A DNA stretch of 64,000 nt from an uncultured Acidimicrobiales bacterium (GTDB taxonomy: Bacteria > Actinomycetota > Acidimicrobiia > Acidimicrobiales > VFJN01), in contig CAWJGJ010000002.1 in the NCBI GenBank assembly GCA_963842395.1, positions 1,013,426 through 1,077,425 on the forward strand, in the 5' to 3' direction. The notes beneath the pieces are model-generated. The model ran no database searches. It was not told the origin of the DNA and saw only the letters and a program-made list of their open reading frames with translations. Of the stretch, positions 1 to 12,007 are shown in pieces (positions within the stretch are counted from its first letter, which is position 1; each line of letters opens with the position of its first letter). A program made the position numbers and the translations under genes.

Positions 1-131
1 AGAATGTAACCAGATCGCGAGCCGTCCGCCACCAATCCGCTACGGATCGGCTCGAATTGGCCTAGTTCGCCCACAGTGAGTGACAGACCTCGCGACGTGG
101 TCGGCCCTGGCCACGGGTGCCAGACTGCGGC

Positions 132-887
132 ATGCCCGAGGTCCTGACCGACATCGCCGACGGCGTCGCCGTCGTGACGCTCGACGCCCCCGACCGCCGC
201 AACGCGCTGACGCTGGCCATGGTCGGCGAGATCACCGCCGCGCTCGAAGCGGTCGAGGCCGACCCGGGCGTCGGGGCGCTGGTGGTGACGGGTACCGCAC
301 CCGCGTTCTGCGCCGGCGCCGACCTGTCCCACCTCGGCGACAGCCAGCGCGAGGGCCTGCTGGCCATCTACGAGGGCTTCCTACGCATCGGGAGGTCGCC
401 GCTGCCCAGCATCGCCGCGGTCAACGGTGCCGCCGTGGGGGCCGGGGTCAACCTCGCCCTCGTATGCGACGTCGTCGTCGCCGCCGCGTCGGCCCGCTTC
501 GACACCCGGTTCCTGCAGCTGGGGATCCACCCCGGCGGCGGTCACACGTGGATGCTGCAGCGGCGGGTGGGCCCCCAGGCGGCGGCCGCCATGGTGCTGT
601 TCGGCGCCGTGCTCGGCGGGCAGGCCGCGGCCGACGCCGGCCTGGCGTGGGCCTGCGTCCCGGACGACGAGCTCCTGGCCACGGCCCGGGGCCTGGCGGC
701 GGTCGCCGCGGCGGCGCCCCGCGACCTGGTGGCGAAGATCCGCCAGACCATGATCGACGTCCGGGCCATCGACGACCACGGCGACGCCGTCGAGCGCGAG
801 CTCGAGCCCCAGGTGTGGTCGATCAACCAGCCCGCCTTCCAGGAGAAGCTGGCCGCCCTCCAGAGCCGCATCAGCTCGCGCGGCTGA
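132..887 (+). CDS. Enoyl-CoA hydratase/isomerase (crotonase) family protein
   Basis: Motifs RRNAL, AFCAGADL, IAAVNGAAVGAG, LGIHPGGG. ATG at 132 chosen over GTG at 117. Confidence 0.93.
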   Translation: MPEVLTDIADGVAVVTLDAPDRRNALTLAMVGEITAALEAVEADPGVGALVVTGTAPAFCAGADLSHLGDSQREGLLAIYEGFLRIGRSPLPSIAAVNGAAVGAGVNLALVCDVVVAAASARFDTRFLQLGIHPGGGHTWMLQRRVGPQAAAAMVLFGAVLGGQAAADAGLAWACVPDDELLATARGLAAVAAAAPRDLVAKIRQTMIDVRAIDDHGDAVERELEPQVWSINQPAFQEKLAALQSRISSRG

Positions 888-906
888 GAGAGTGCGAGGA
901 TCGCGC

Positions 907-1657
907 TCAGCCCTCCGGGGCGAAGGCCAGCGTGCCGGCCAGCCGGGCGGCCAGGTCGTCGTGCACGGTCGGGTCGTCCGAGGTGACCACGACCGACCAC
1001 ACGATGCCGTCGTCGCCCAGCACCAGCGTGTCGGTCCCCCGGGCCTCCTCGCCGTCGCCGCCGACGGTGAACCGCAGCCGGACCGTGGGCCGCGCCGCGC
1101 CATCGACCGTCTCGATCTCCGGGTCGCTGCGACCCGCCTGCTCCGCCAGGTCCCGGGCGTAGTCCTCCAACCCGGCGACATCGGTGACGCCCGTCCCCGG
1201 TGCCGCCCGCACCAGCACGTCGCTCACCTGGCCCGCGTCGTCCTGGCCCGCGGCATAGACCAGGCCGCCCCCCGTCGCCGCCGCGTGGGCGCTGTCGACG
1301 AAGCCCTCGACCGCGGGCGCGGCGTTGGCCGAGCGCGGCCAGACCCTGTTCCGACAGCACCGTCGCCTCCCACCCGGGCGGCACCGCGAGGCCGATGCCG
1401 AGGTCGGGCAGGGGGATCGGCTGCCAGCCCTCGGGCACGTCGATCTCGATGCCCCCGGCGGCGAGCGTCGTCGACGTGTCGCCGTGCCCGGCGGCCGCCG
1501 CGCCGTCGCTTCCGCCGGCGCTGTCGTCGTCGCCGTCACCGGGGACGACCACCAACAGGACGGCGACGACGCTCAGCACCACCGCCGCGACCAGCGCCAG
1601 CTTGGCCCGCACGGGCAGCGCCGCCACCCGCCGGGCCCACCCGCTCAGGACAGCCAT
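907..1657 (-). CDS. Membrane-anchored hypothetical protein (PsbP/Mog1p-like ectodomain suspected), frameshift near 1330
   Basis: The N-terminal TM helix and 'DVPEGW...LAVPPGWE' are in the frame of ORF 542..2161; the protein-like C-terminal half is in ORF 907..1539. The start overlaps the end of the upstream GNAT gene. Confidence 0.6.
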
Positions 1658-2265
1658 TCCCGGGTCAGCTCGTCGCGGCGGTCGTGCCACTCCTCGACGG
1701 TGAGCGCGTAGCGGACATGGTCCTCCCACACGCCGTTGATCTCGAGGTAGCGGAGGGCGATGCCCTCCTCGCGCAGCTTGAGCTTGTCGACCACCCGCCG
1801 GCTGCGGTGGTTGCGGGGGATGATCGACACCTGGATGCGGTGCAGCCGGACCTGCTCGAAGGCGAACCGGGCCACCAGCACCAGCGACTCGGACATGTAG
1901 CCGTGGCCGGCCTGGCTCTGGTCGATCCAGTAGCCGACGTAGGCCGACTGGAACGGCCCCCGCTGCACCGACGACAGGTTGATCTCGCCCGCGAACCGCT
2001 GGCGGGCCCGGCGGCGACCGACCGCGGGCTCGCGCACGAAGATCCCGAACCCGAAGCCGGTGCCGAGCTGGCGCTCGCGCTCGCGGGCGCTGCACCGCAT
2101 CGCGAACGCCTCGCTCGACTCGACGACGTCGGGCAGGTTGGGGTTGCGGGCGGGCTCCCACGGGGTGAGCCAGTCGCCGTTGGCCCGCCGCACGTCCTGC
2201 CAGGCGGCGAAGTCGGTGGGGACGAGCGGGCGCAGGGTGACCCTCGGGCCGGAGAGCTGGGTCAT
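1645..2265 (-). CDS. RimJ/RimL-family GNAT N-acetyltransferase
   Basis: RVTLRPL, WLTPWEP, AYVGYWID, GHGYMSE, LHRIQ, NHRSRRV, INGVWEDH. ATGA overlap with the upstream gene. Confidence 0.92.
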   Translation of the reverse strand: MTQLSGPRVTLRPLVPTDFAAWQDVRRANGDWLTPWEPARNPNLPDVVESSEAFAMRCSARERERQLGTGFGFGIFVREPAVGRRRARQRFAGEINLSSVQRGPFQSAYVGYWIDQSQAGHGYMSESLVLVARFAFEQVRLHRIQVSIIPRNHRSRRVVDKLKLREEGIALRYLEINGVWEDHVRYALTVEEWHDRRDELTREWLS

Positions 2266-3350
2266 CGCCCGTCCATCAGCTCGGCGAGCGCGCCCAGCAG
2301 CAGCGTCACGTTGCGGGGCCGGGCCGTGTGGCCCATGCAGCCGATCCGCCACACCCGGCCGGCGTAGTCGCCGAGGCCGCCCCCCACCTCGATGCCGTAG
2401 CGGTCGAGCAGGGCGGACCGGGCCTTGGCGTCGTCGACGGCCTCGGGCACCCATACGGTGGTGAGCTCGGGCAGGCGGTGGCCGTCGGCGGCGAACAGCG
2501 CGAAGCCCAGCTCGGCCAGCCCGTCCTGCAGCAGCCGGCCGCACTCGGCGTGCCGGGCGATGGCGGCGTCCAGGCCCTCGTCCAGGATGGCGCCCAGGCC
2601 GGCGTGCAGCGACATCACCATCGACACCGGCGCGGTGTGGTGGTACGTCCGGGCCCCGCTGGCCGGGCCCGTGTAGCGGCCGATCATCCGCAGGTCGAGG
2701 TACCAGCTGGGGCTGCGCTCGACCAGGCGCTCGCGGGCCCGCTCGCTGAGGGTGAGGGGCGCCAGGCCCGGCGGCACGCCCAGGCACTTCTGGGTGCCGG
2801 CGTAGGCGACGTCGACCCCCCAGCCGTCGACGTCGAGCTCGATGCCGGCCACGCTCGTGACGCAGTCGACCAGCAGCAGCGCGTCGCCCTTGGCCTCGCC
2901 CAGCGGGGCGATGTCGGACCGCACCCCGGTCGACGTCTCGGCGTGGACGACCGCGAGGATGCGGGGGGACGGATGGGCGGCGAGCAGCCGCTCGGGGTCG
3001 ACCGGCTGGCCCCATGGCACCTCGACGGCCACGACCTCGGCCCCGCAGCGGGCGGCCACGTCGCACATGCGGGCGCCGAACACCCCGTTGACGCCCACCA
3101 CCACGGGGTCGCCCGGCCGCACCAGGTTGACGAACGCCGCCTCCATGCCCGCCGAGCCCGTCCCCGAGATCGGCAGCGTCATGGGGTTCCCGGTGCGGAA
3201 CACGGTGCGCAGGCGATCGCACGTCTCGTCGAGGATGGCCACGAAGTCGGGATCGAGGTGGCCGAGCATCGGCCGCGCCAGCGCCTCGACCGCCTCGGGA
3301 TACGGATTGCAGGGCCCAGGCCCCATCAGGACGCGATCGGTCAACGGCAT
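2262..3350 (-). CDS. Alanine--glyoxylate/serine--pyruvate aminotransferase (class V PLP enzyme)
   Basis: [41 protein letters not shown] (PLP Lys), YHHT, WRIGCMG. Confidence 0.95.
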   Translation of the reverse strand: MPLTDRVLMGPGPCNPYPEAVEALARPMLGHLDPDFVAILDETCDRLRTVFRTGNPMTLPISGTGSAGMEAAFVNLVRPGDPVVVGVNGVFGARMCDVAARCGAEVVAVEVPWGQPVDPERLLAAHPSPRILAVVHAETSTGVRSDIAPLGEAKGDALLLVDCVTSVAGIELDVDGWGVDVAYAGTQKCLGVPPGLAPLTLSERARERLVERSPSWYLDLRMIGRYTGPASGARTYHHTAPVSMVMSLHAGLGAILDEGLDAAIARHAECGRLLQDGLAELGFALFAADGHRLPELTTVWVPEAVDDAKARSALLDRYGIEVGGGLGDYAGRVWRIGCMGHTARPRNVTLLLGALAELMDGR

Positions 3351-3387
3351 GTGGCCCAAGACGGTAGCGATGCGTAGCGGGGCCGGC

Positions 3388-4316
3388 CTACTCGACCAGG
3401 CTCAGGGCGAGCCCGTCCAGGATGTCGGCCTCGGACACGATCATCTCGTCCACGCCGAACCGCCGGAAGATGGCGACGAGCACGCAACACCCGCCCACGA
3501 TCACGTCGGCCCGGGCCTCCTCGAGGCCGGGATTGTGGATCCGGTCGGCCCGCGGCTCGGTGGCCAGGGTGCGGAACACGTCCTCGGCCGCGGCGCGGGT
3601 CAGGCGGAAGTGGTGGATGCGGTCGCGGTCGTAGGTGGCGAGCCCGATCTCGACCGCGGCGACCGTGGTGATGGTGCCGGCCACGCCCACCAGGGTGCGC
3701 GCCTCGGCCGTGCCCGGGACCTCGCGCATCACGTCGTCGAGGTAGGCGTCGGTGAAGCTGATGCAGGCGGACAGCTCGTCGGGCTGGGGCGGGTCGTGCG
3801 CGATGAACTTCTCGGTCAGCCGGACGCAGCCCACGTCGATCGACATCACCCCCTCCACCTGGTCGGTGCCGGCGATGAACTCGGTCGACCCGCCGCCGAT
3901 GTCGACGACCAGGAACGGCCCGAGCGCGCGGTCGAGCTCGCCGGTGGCGCCGACGAACGTGAGCCGGCCTTCGTCGGTGCCGCTCAGCAGCTCGGGGCGG
4001 GCGCCGACCACCTGCTCGACCGCGTCGAAGAACTCGTCGTGGTTGGCCGCGTCCCGGGCCGCCGAGGTGGCGGCGATGCGCACGCGGGCGACGTCGTGCT
4101 CGTCGAGGATGCCGCGGTACCCCCGCAGGGCGGCCAGGGTCCGCTCGATCGCCTCGTCGGCCAGGCGGCCGGTGGCGTGCACGCCCTGGCCCAACCGGGT
4201 GATGGTGTTGCGCCGGTCGAGCACGTCGAGGGCGCCGCCCGCGCCGCCCGCGCCGGGCGGGCCACCAGCACGCGGGTGGAGTTCGTCCCCAGGTCGAGCG
4301 CGGCGATGGCCGTCAT
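3388..4316 (-). CDS. ppx: Ppx/GppA exopolyphosphatase, 1-nt frameshift near 4253
   Basis: N-terminal [12 protein letters not shown] (frame of ORF 3984..4427) joins [37 protein letters not shown] (ORF 3388..4224). Usual position after DUF501. Confidence 0.92.
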
Positions 4317-4786
4317 GGCCCGGAATCTAGAGGCTCGGGTCCGCCGGGTCCGAGGTGGGCCTCGACCCAGCGGCCGACCGGGTCGTCGCCGCCGGCCAGC
4401 AGCCAGGCGAGGTGGGCGTGGAGGCACTTGACGCCCTCGCGGGTGCCGCCCACGCCGCCCGACGGCCGCGGCCCGCGGTGTCCGGCCGGCAGGGCGGCGT
4501 CGCGCTCGGCCGCGTACCGGCGGTGGGCGGCGGCGAGGGCGACCGGGTCGACCTCGGCCTCGGCCCGGGCCACGCCCCCCTCGCTCTCGAGCCGCGACAC
4601 CCAGGTGCGCTCGGGCTCGCCCACGAGCCAGTAGCGGGTCGGCATGGGCCGGCCGTCCTCGAGCAGGGGCGCGTTGCGGATCACGAGCGGGGTCCCGTCC
4701 GGGTGGCGCACCGCCACCTCGAAGGCCCCCTGGGGGCGGCGCCCCAGCAGCCGCTCGACCTCGGCGGCGTCGTCCTGATCACTCAC
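4313..4786 (-). CDS. DUF501 family protein
   Basis: [40 protein letters not shown]; adjacent to ppx. Confidence 0.92.
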   Translation of the reverse strand: MSDQDDAAEVERLLGRRPQGAFEVAVRHPDGTPLVIRNAPLLEDGRPMPTRYWLVGEPERTWVSRLESEGGVARAEAEVDPVALAAAHRRYAAERDAALPAGHRGPRPSGGVGGTREGVKCLHAHLAWLLAGGDDPVGRWVEAHLGPGGPEPLDSGP

Positions 4787-4878
4787 TGGTGCACCCTCCG
4801 GGATGCACGCAGTGAGCAATCGGCACTGCGTGCCGAGTACCGCACCGTGCTCATGGTTCGCTCGCTGCGCTCGCTCAC
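4783..4878 (-). repeat. 92-bp structured insertion (REP/MITE-like) carrying a 31-codon mini-ORF at a GTGA stop/start junction
   Basis: CTCAC is duplicated at 4782-4786 and 4874-4878. Internal 10-bp stem 4805-4814/4824-4833. Encodes [31 protein letters not shown]. Confidence 0.6.
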
Positions 4879-6483
4879 GCCGGGGCGTGTGACCAGGTGA
4901 CGCGGTGGATCCGCCAGGGCTCGGACAGCCCCTTCAGCTCGACCTCGGCAGCCGGACCGAACGACAGGTCGCCGCCCGACACGGTGAGGTCGCGGGTCAG
5001 GCCCGACACCACGATCTCGCCGGGCGCGGCGTGATCGGTGATCCGCACCGCCACCACCACGTTCTGGCCGAACACGTCGCCGTCGACGTCGACGATCTCG
5101 CCCGTGTGCAGGCCCACCCGCACCTCGACCGGCGTGTCGGGGTTGTCCTCGCGGTACTCGCCGAGCGCCTGCTGCACGCCGACCGCGGCGAGGATCGCCC
5201 GCCGGGCGCTGGCGAACACCACCAGGAACCCGTCGCCCTGGGCCTTGACCTCGGTGCCGCCGTAGCGGGCCACCTGGTCGCGCACGAGCCGGTTGTGCTC
5301 GCTCAGCACCTGGATCCAGCGGCGGTCGCCCAGCCGCTCGGCGTACACCGTCGAGTCGACGATGTCGGTGACCATCATCGTGAGCGTGCCGCTCGGCGTG
5401 TCGCCGTTGCGGCGGGCGCCGCCGTCGTCGGCGGCGGGGGGCGGCGTCGTGGGCACGTCCGGTGACGGCGGCGCGGGGGGCGCAGGGGGCGCGGGGGTGG
5501 CCGGCGGAGTCGGCGCCTCGTCGGAGGCACCTCCGCCACCTCGGCGGGGCGCGGGGACCCGCTGCCGTCCCGGCGGGCCCCACGGTGATCCCGGCCGCCC
5601 GGGCGCCCCGGGGCCGGGGATGCGGGCCAGCGCCTCGGCGACCTCGTCGAGGATGCGCTGCGGCAGGGCCGGCGGCGGGGCGTAGACCCGGTCGCGTGCG
5701 GTCGCCGCGGCGTCGGGGTCGGCGTCGCTCGGCTCGTCCTGCGCGGAGGGCGGGCCGGCGTGGCGGTGGTGGGCGTCGGACCAGTCGTGCCAGTCGCTCC
5801 AGCCCCCGATGCGGTCGCGCTGGCCGGCCATACCGGTCGCGCGACCGGCCGCCGCGTGCGCGGTCGCGCGACCGGGGACGCTTGACCACGGCGCTGACCC
5901 CACCCCACAGACCTCGGGCGTGGATGCGGACGACCGGCGACTCGGGCGTGACGTCGACCGCGCGGGGCTGGTTGGCGCCCCCCATGATCACCATGCCGTC
6001 GACCTCGACCGCGACGCCCTCGCCGACCAGCACGGTCACCCCGCCCATGATCGCCCAGGCCGAGATCTCGGTCACCTGGCCCTCGAACTCGGCCTCGCGC
6101 ATGTCGAGGACCACGCCGCCCCAGAAGGCGAACGCGGTGATGAAGCTCGGGACCCTCCAGCGGCCCTTGGCCGTCGACCCGCTCATGACGGCGATGAACT
6201 TCCGGCTCGTCGCGCCGGCACCCGGGGACGCCGACGGCGCGGGCGCCGGGCGGGGCGCCCGGCCCGGGGTCGCCGGGGCGGGGACGGGCTCCGGCAGCAA
6301 CCCCGGCGGCAGGTTCTGGGCCACCGCCTCGAGCTCGCGGTAGGTCTGCGCCGCGTACACCTGGCTCGCCAGGTCGCCGAACTCGTCGAGCGTCAGCCGG
6401 CCCGCGCCGGTGTGCGCGCGCAGGAGGTCGATGGCCTGCTGGCGCTCCGCATCGCCGATGCGATGATCCCCCGGTTCGGCCAT
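4875..6483 (-). CDS. DUF1707 (SHOCT-like) + DUF2154/LiaF-like domain + class III adenylate/guanylate cyclase fusion, frameshift near 5823
   Basis: RIGDAERQQAIDLLR...GRLTLDEF (DUF1707); AFWGGVVLDMREA...AIMGGVTV; after a +1 shift VTDIVDST, EVKAQGDGF, VRVGLHTGE, GDVFG, ELKGL (cyclase). Confidence 0.8.
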
Positions 6484-6574
6484 GGCGAACAGTCTCGCGC
6501 CGCCGCGCTGCCCCGCGGGCACAGGACGTGGGCAGATCCGCACAGCTGAGACAAACGTCACGGGGCTCGCCTCT

Positions 6575-6592
6575 CTACCTACTGGTAGGTAG
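6575..6592. promoter_or_regulatory. Perfect palindrome CTACCTAC-TG-GTAGGTAG overlapping the -10 of the desaturase gene; probable repressor operator
   Basis: 8-bp inverted repeat; TAGGCT lies 6 nt before GTG 6602. Confidence 0.65.
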
Positions 6593-6601
6593 GCTGGCGC
6601 C

Positions 6602-7585
6602 GTGCCCGCCGCCACCATGCAAGCCGACGCCTTCGTCGCCGAGCTGGAGCCCACTGTGGCCCGGCTCCTCGACCGCCACCTCGCGCAGACCAAGGAATGG
6701 TTCCCGCACGAGCTGGTGCCATACAGCCGGGGCAGCGACTTCGCCGCCGACTACGAGTGGTCGCCCGACGAGGTGCCTCTGGCGGAGGCCGTGCGCTCGA
6801 GCCTGTTCGTCAACCTCCTCACCGAGGACAACCTCCCGTACTACTTCCGGACGATCGAGAACATGTTCGGCCGCGAGTCGGCCTGGGGCGAGTGGAGCCG
6901 CCGTTGGACCGCCGAGGAGGGCCGCCACTCCATCGTGATCCGCGACTACCTCACGGTCACGCGGGCCGTCGATCCGGTCGCCCTCGAGCGGGCCCGCATG
7001 GCCCAGGTGAGCTGCGGCCAGGTGCCCGAGCCCAGCACCCCGCACGAGGGCCTCGTGTACGTCACCCTGCAGGAGCTCGCCACCCGCATCGCCCACCACA
7101 ACACGGGCAAGCTGGTCGAGGACCCGGTGGGCTACGAGATCATGAAGCGGGTCGCCGCCGACGAGAACCGGCACCACCTCTTCTACCGCGACCTGTCGAC
7201 CGAGGCGCTGGGCCTCGACCCGTCGGGCATGGTCATCGCCATCGAGCGCCAGGTGCGCGAGTTCGAGATGCCGGGCACCGGCATCGTCGACTTCGACGCC
7301 CACGCCCGGGCCATCGCCAAGGCCGGCATCTACGACTTCCAGATCCACCACGCGCAGATCCTGCTGCCGGTGGTCGTGCGTCACTGGGGCATCGAGAACC
7401 TCACCGGCCTCAACGACGAGGGCGAGCACGCCCGCGACTCGGTGCTCAAGCGCATCGAGCGGATCGGCAGGGCGGCCCGGCGCCTCACCCGGCGCCGGGC
7501 GGAGTCCGAGTCCGAGCTCGGCATCGAGGCGTCCGAGGGACAGCCGGCCCGGGCGGACGACGAGCGCGTCCCCACCCCGGCCTGA
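6602..7585 (+). CDS. desA: Acyl-ACP desaturase (DesA1/DesA2 family, di-iron)
   Basis: WFPHELVP, NLLTEDNLPYY, WTAEEGRH, LQELATRIAH, IMKRVAADENRH (two ExxH motifs), FEMPG. Confidence 0.95.
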   Translation: MPAATMQADAFVAELEPTVARLLDRHLAQTKEWFPHELVPYSRGSDFAADYEWSPDEVPLAEAVRSSLFVNLLTEDNLPYYFRTIENMFGRESAWGEWSRRWTAEEGRHSIVIRDYLTVTRAVDPVALERARMAQVSCGQVPEPSTPHEGLVYVTLQELATRIAHHNTGKLVEDPVGYEIMKRVAADENRHHLFYRDLSTEALGLDPSGMVIAIERQVREFEMPGTGIVDFDAHARAIAKAGIYDFQIHHAQILLPVVVRHWGIENLTGLNDEGEHARDSVLKRIERIGRAARRLTRRRAESESELGIEASEGQPARADDERVPTPA

Positions 7586-7627
7586 GCGTCTCTCCCGGCC
7601 GGCGGGGCGGCCTGGGGGTCGGTGGGG

Positions 7628-9891
<2,264 letters not shown>

Positions 9892-9896
9892 TCACG

Positions 9897-11294
9897 TTAC
9901 TTGCGGGTGGGTGGTCGATCGGGTTCATACCGTGGCATCTCCTGCTCGCGGTACCGGTCGCGCACGTGCTCGGCGGCGATGCGGAGCTCGGTCTCGGCGT
10001 CCTCGCCGGCCAGGCGGGCGGCGTCCACGGCTTCGAGAAGGGCGCGGCCGCTGGGGCTGAGCCCGGTGTCGCCGGCCAGCAGGCTGCGCCAGTCGACGCC
10101 CTGCGAGTCGGCCTTCTTCTGGACCTTGGAGGCGTACAGCAGGGCCGGCAGCGCGGCGGGGATGCCGTCCATCACGCTGGCCCGGCCCTTCTCCGCCACC
10201 TTGGTCTGCTCCCACCGGGTGGCCAGCTCGTCGACGTCGTCGACCTCGACGCCGCCGAACACGTGGGGGTGGCGGGCCACCAGCTTGGCGACGATGCCCC
10301 GGGCCACGTCGGCCAGGGTGAACCGACCCTCCTCCGCGGCCAGCGCCGCGTGGATGGCCACCTGGAACAACAGGTCGCCGAGCTCCTCCTCCAGGGCGTC
10401 GAACCCCTCGCCCGCCTCGACGTCGAGGTGGTCGAGGGCCTCCAGCACCTCGTACGCCTCCTCGAGCAGGTGACGGCGCAGGCTGTGGTGGGTCTGCTCG
10501 CGGTCCCAGGGGCAGTCGGTGCGCAGGCGCCGGACGAGCTGGTCGAGGGCCGCCACCTCGCCGGCGACCGGCGCGGCCAGCGTGGGGATGTACACGGACG
10601 TGAGGTGGTCGGGCGCGACGACGCGGTCGAGCTCGTGCCACGGGACCTCGACCACCGACTCGTCGGGCAACCCGAGTCGCTGCAGCACCACGACCGTCGG
10701 TTCCCGCCCGTCTCCGTCGGCCGACACCGCTCCGGCGGCGCCGGGCGTCCCGCCGTCGACCACGTCGCCCAGGGCCAGCTTGATCTCGGACAGCACGTCG
10801 AGGTGGTCGCACTGGCCGACCAGCAGCGGGCCGCGCTCGCCGGCGGCCTCGACCGCGAAGCGGTGGCCGTCGACCAGGCGCACGCCCCGCTCGAGCGGAT
10901 CGACCCCGAGGCGCACCCAGGCCAGGTCGACGAACGACAGGCCCGGGACCAGCTCGACCGCCACCCGGTCGTCGACCACCAGCAGCTCGACCGTGTGCTC
11001 GGCCACCACCGGCGACCCGGGAACGGCGTACAGCACGCGACCGTGCGCGACCGCGGCGGCGACCAGCGCCTCGACGATGCCGTCGTAGACGTCCTCGATG
11101 CCGGCCGCCTGCTCGTAGAGGTGGTCGAAGCTGGCCGCGTCCCCCACCGCCGGCGCGGAGGGGTGGCGGGTGGTGCGCAGGTAGCGGTGGGGGATGTGCT
11201 CGACGGCGGCGGTCACCCCCGCCGTCACCAGGTCGGCGCCGCCCGGGCCCAACCCGCACACCACGATGGTGGGACGGTCGGGCGGCGGCGTCAC
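9897..11294 (-). CDS. mazG: Tetrapyrrole-methylase-like/MazG nucleotide pyrophosphohydrolase (YabN type)
   Basis: VCGLGPGG, RTTRHP, YAVPGSPVVAE; CPWDREQTHHSL, LLEEAYE, EELGDLLFQ, RHPHVFG. Confidence 0.95.
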   Translation of the reverse strand: MTPPPDRPTIVVCGLGPGGADLVTAGVTAAVEHIPHRYLRTTRHPSAPAVGDAASFDHLYEQAAGIEDVYDGIVEALVAAAVAHGRVLYAVPGSPVVAEHTVELLVVDDRVAVELVPGLSFVDLAWVRLGVDPLERGVRLVDGHRFAVEAAGERGPLLVGQCDHLDVLSEIKLALGDVVDGGTPGAAGAVSADGDGREPTVVVLQRLGLPDESVVEVPWHELDRVVAPDHLTSVYIPTLAAPVAGEVAALDQLVRRLRTDCPWDREQTHHSLRRHLLEEAYEVLEALDHLDVEAGEGFDALEEELGDLLFQVAIHAALAAEEGRFTLADVARGIVAKLVARHPHVFGGVEVDDVDELATRWEQTKVAEKGRASVMDGIPAALPALLYASKVQKKADSQGVDWRSLLAGDTGLSPSGRALLEAVDAARLAGEDAETELRIAAEHVRDRYREQEMPRYEPDRPPTRK

Positions 11295-11950
11295 CCGGCG
11301 CTCGGGTCCTCGGGCTGTGGCGCGTCGGTCGGCGCGGTGTCGGCCCCGTCGCCGGCGTCGTCGCCGCCCCCAGGCGCGACCGGCCCCGCGGGCGGGACGA
11401 CCGCGATCTGCTCCGGGTCCCACTCGCCGTACTGGGTGCGTACCGAGATGTCGGCGGCGGCGAAGGCGTCGGTCATGGCCGTGGAGAACCCCTCCTGCCC
11501 GAGCTCGCCCTGCAGCAGCGAGAACGTCGCGACGTCGTCGATGAACGCGTCACGCCGGTCCTCGGGCACGGACGACACCCCGCCGGGCACCTGCTGGGCG
11601 ATGAGCTGCTCGGCCTCGGCGCGGGCCTCGTCGGTGAGCTCCAGGCCCTGGTCGGCGAGCACGAGCTCGGCGACGATGAACTGCACGCGCAGGCCGGCGA
11701 CGGCGGCCACGTAGTCCTGGGTGAAGCTCTGGCCGAGCTCGCCCCGCAGGTCCTCCTGGGCCACCTCGCCGAACACGAAGGTGCGCAGGTCGTCGTTGTC
11801 GTAGTACAGGTCGAGCTCGTCCTCGAAGTCGGGGCGCGACACCGTGACGTCGTCGACCTGGACGGCGGCCGCCTGCTCGGAGCACGCGGTGGCCGCCAGG
11901 CCGGCAGCCGTGACGGCGGCGATCAGGGACACGAGGCGACGGTTCGGCAC
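11291..11950 (-). CDS. Lipoprotein, SurA N-terminal-like (conserved position between mfd and mazG)
   Basis: Lipobox ATAC, AAVQVDDVTVS, ADISVRTQYGEWD. Confidence 0.72.
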   Translation of the reverse strand: MPNRRLVSLIAAVTAAGLAATACSEQAAAVQVDDVTVSRPDFEDELDLYYDNDDLRTFVFGEVAQEDLRGELGQSFTQDYVAAVAGLRVQFIVAELVLADQGLELTDEARAEAEQLIAQQVPGGVSSVPEDRRDAFIDDVATFSLLQGELGQEGFSTAMTDAFAAADISVRTQYGEWDPEQIAVVPPAGPVAPGGGDDAGDGADTAPTDAPQPEDPSAG

Positions 11951-12007
11951 GGGCCCGATGCTAGGGACTGGCGCGTCCCGCCACGAACCTGGGCCGTCCC
12001 GACTCCG

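Noticed and set aside
1-60. Nested hairpin (CGAGCCG 18-24 / CGGCTCG 48-54) as an ncRNA
   Set aside because: Truncated by the window edge and matches no RNA family I recognise.
4783-6693. 636-aa ORF as a real full-length protein
   Set aside because: After ~5830 it is Arg/Pro-rich off-frame translation overlapping the cyclase domain; a frameshifted fusion is more parsimonious.
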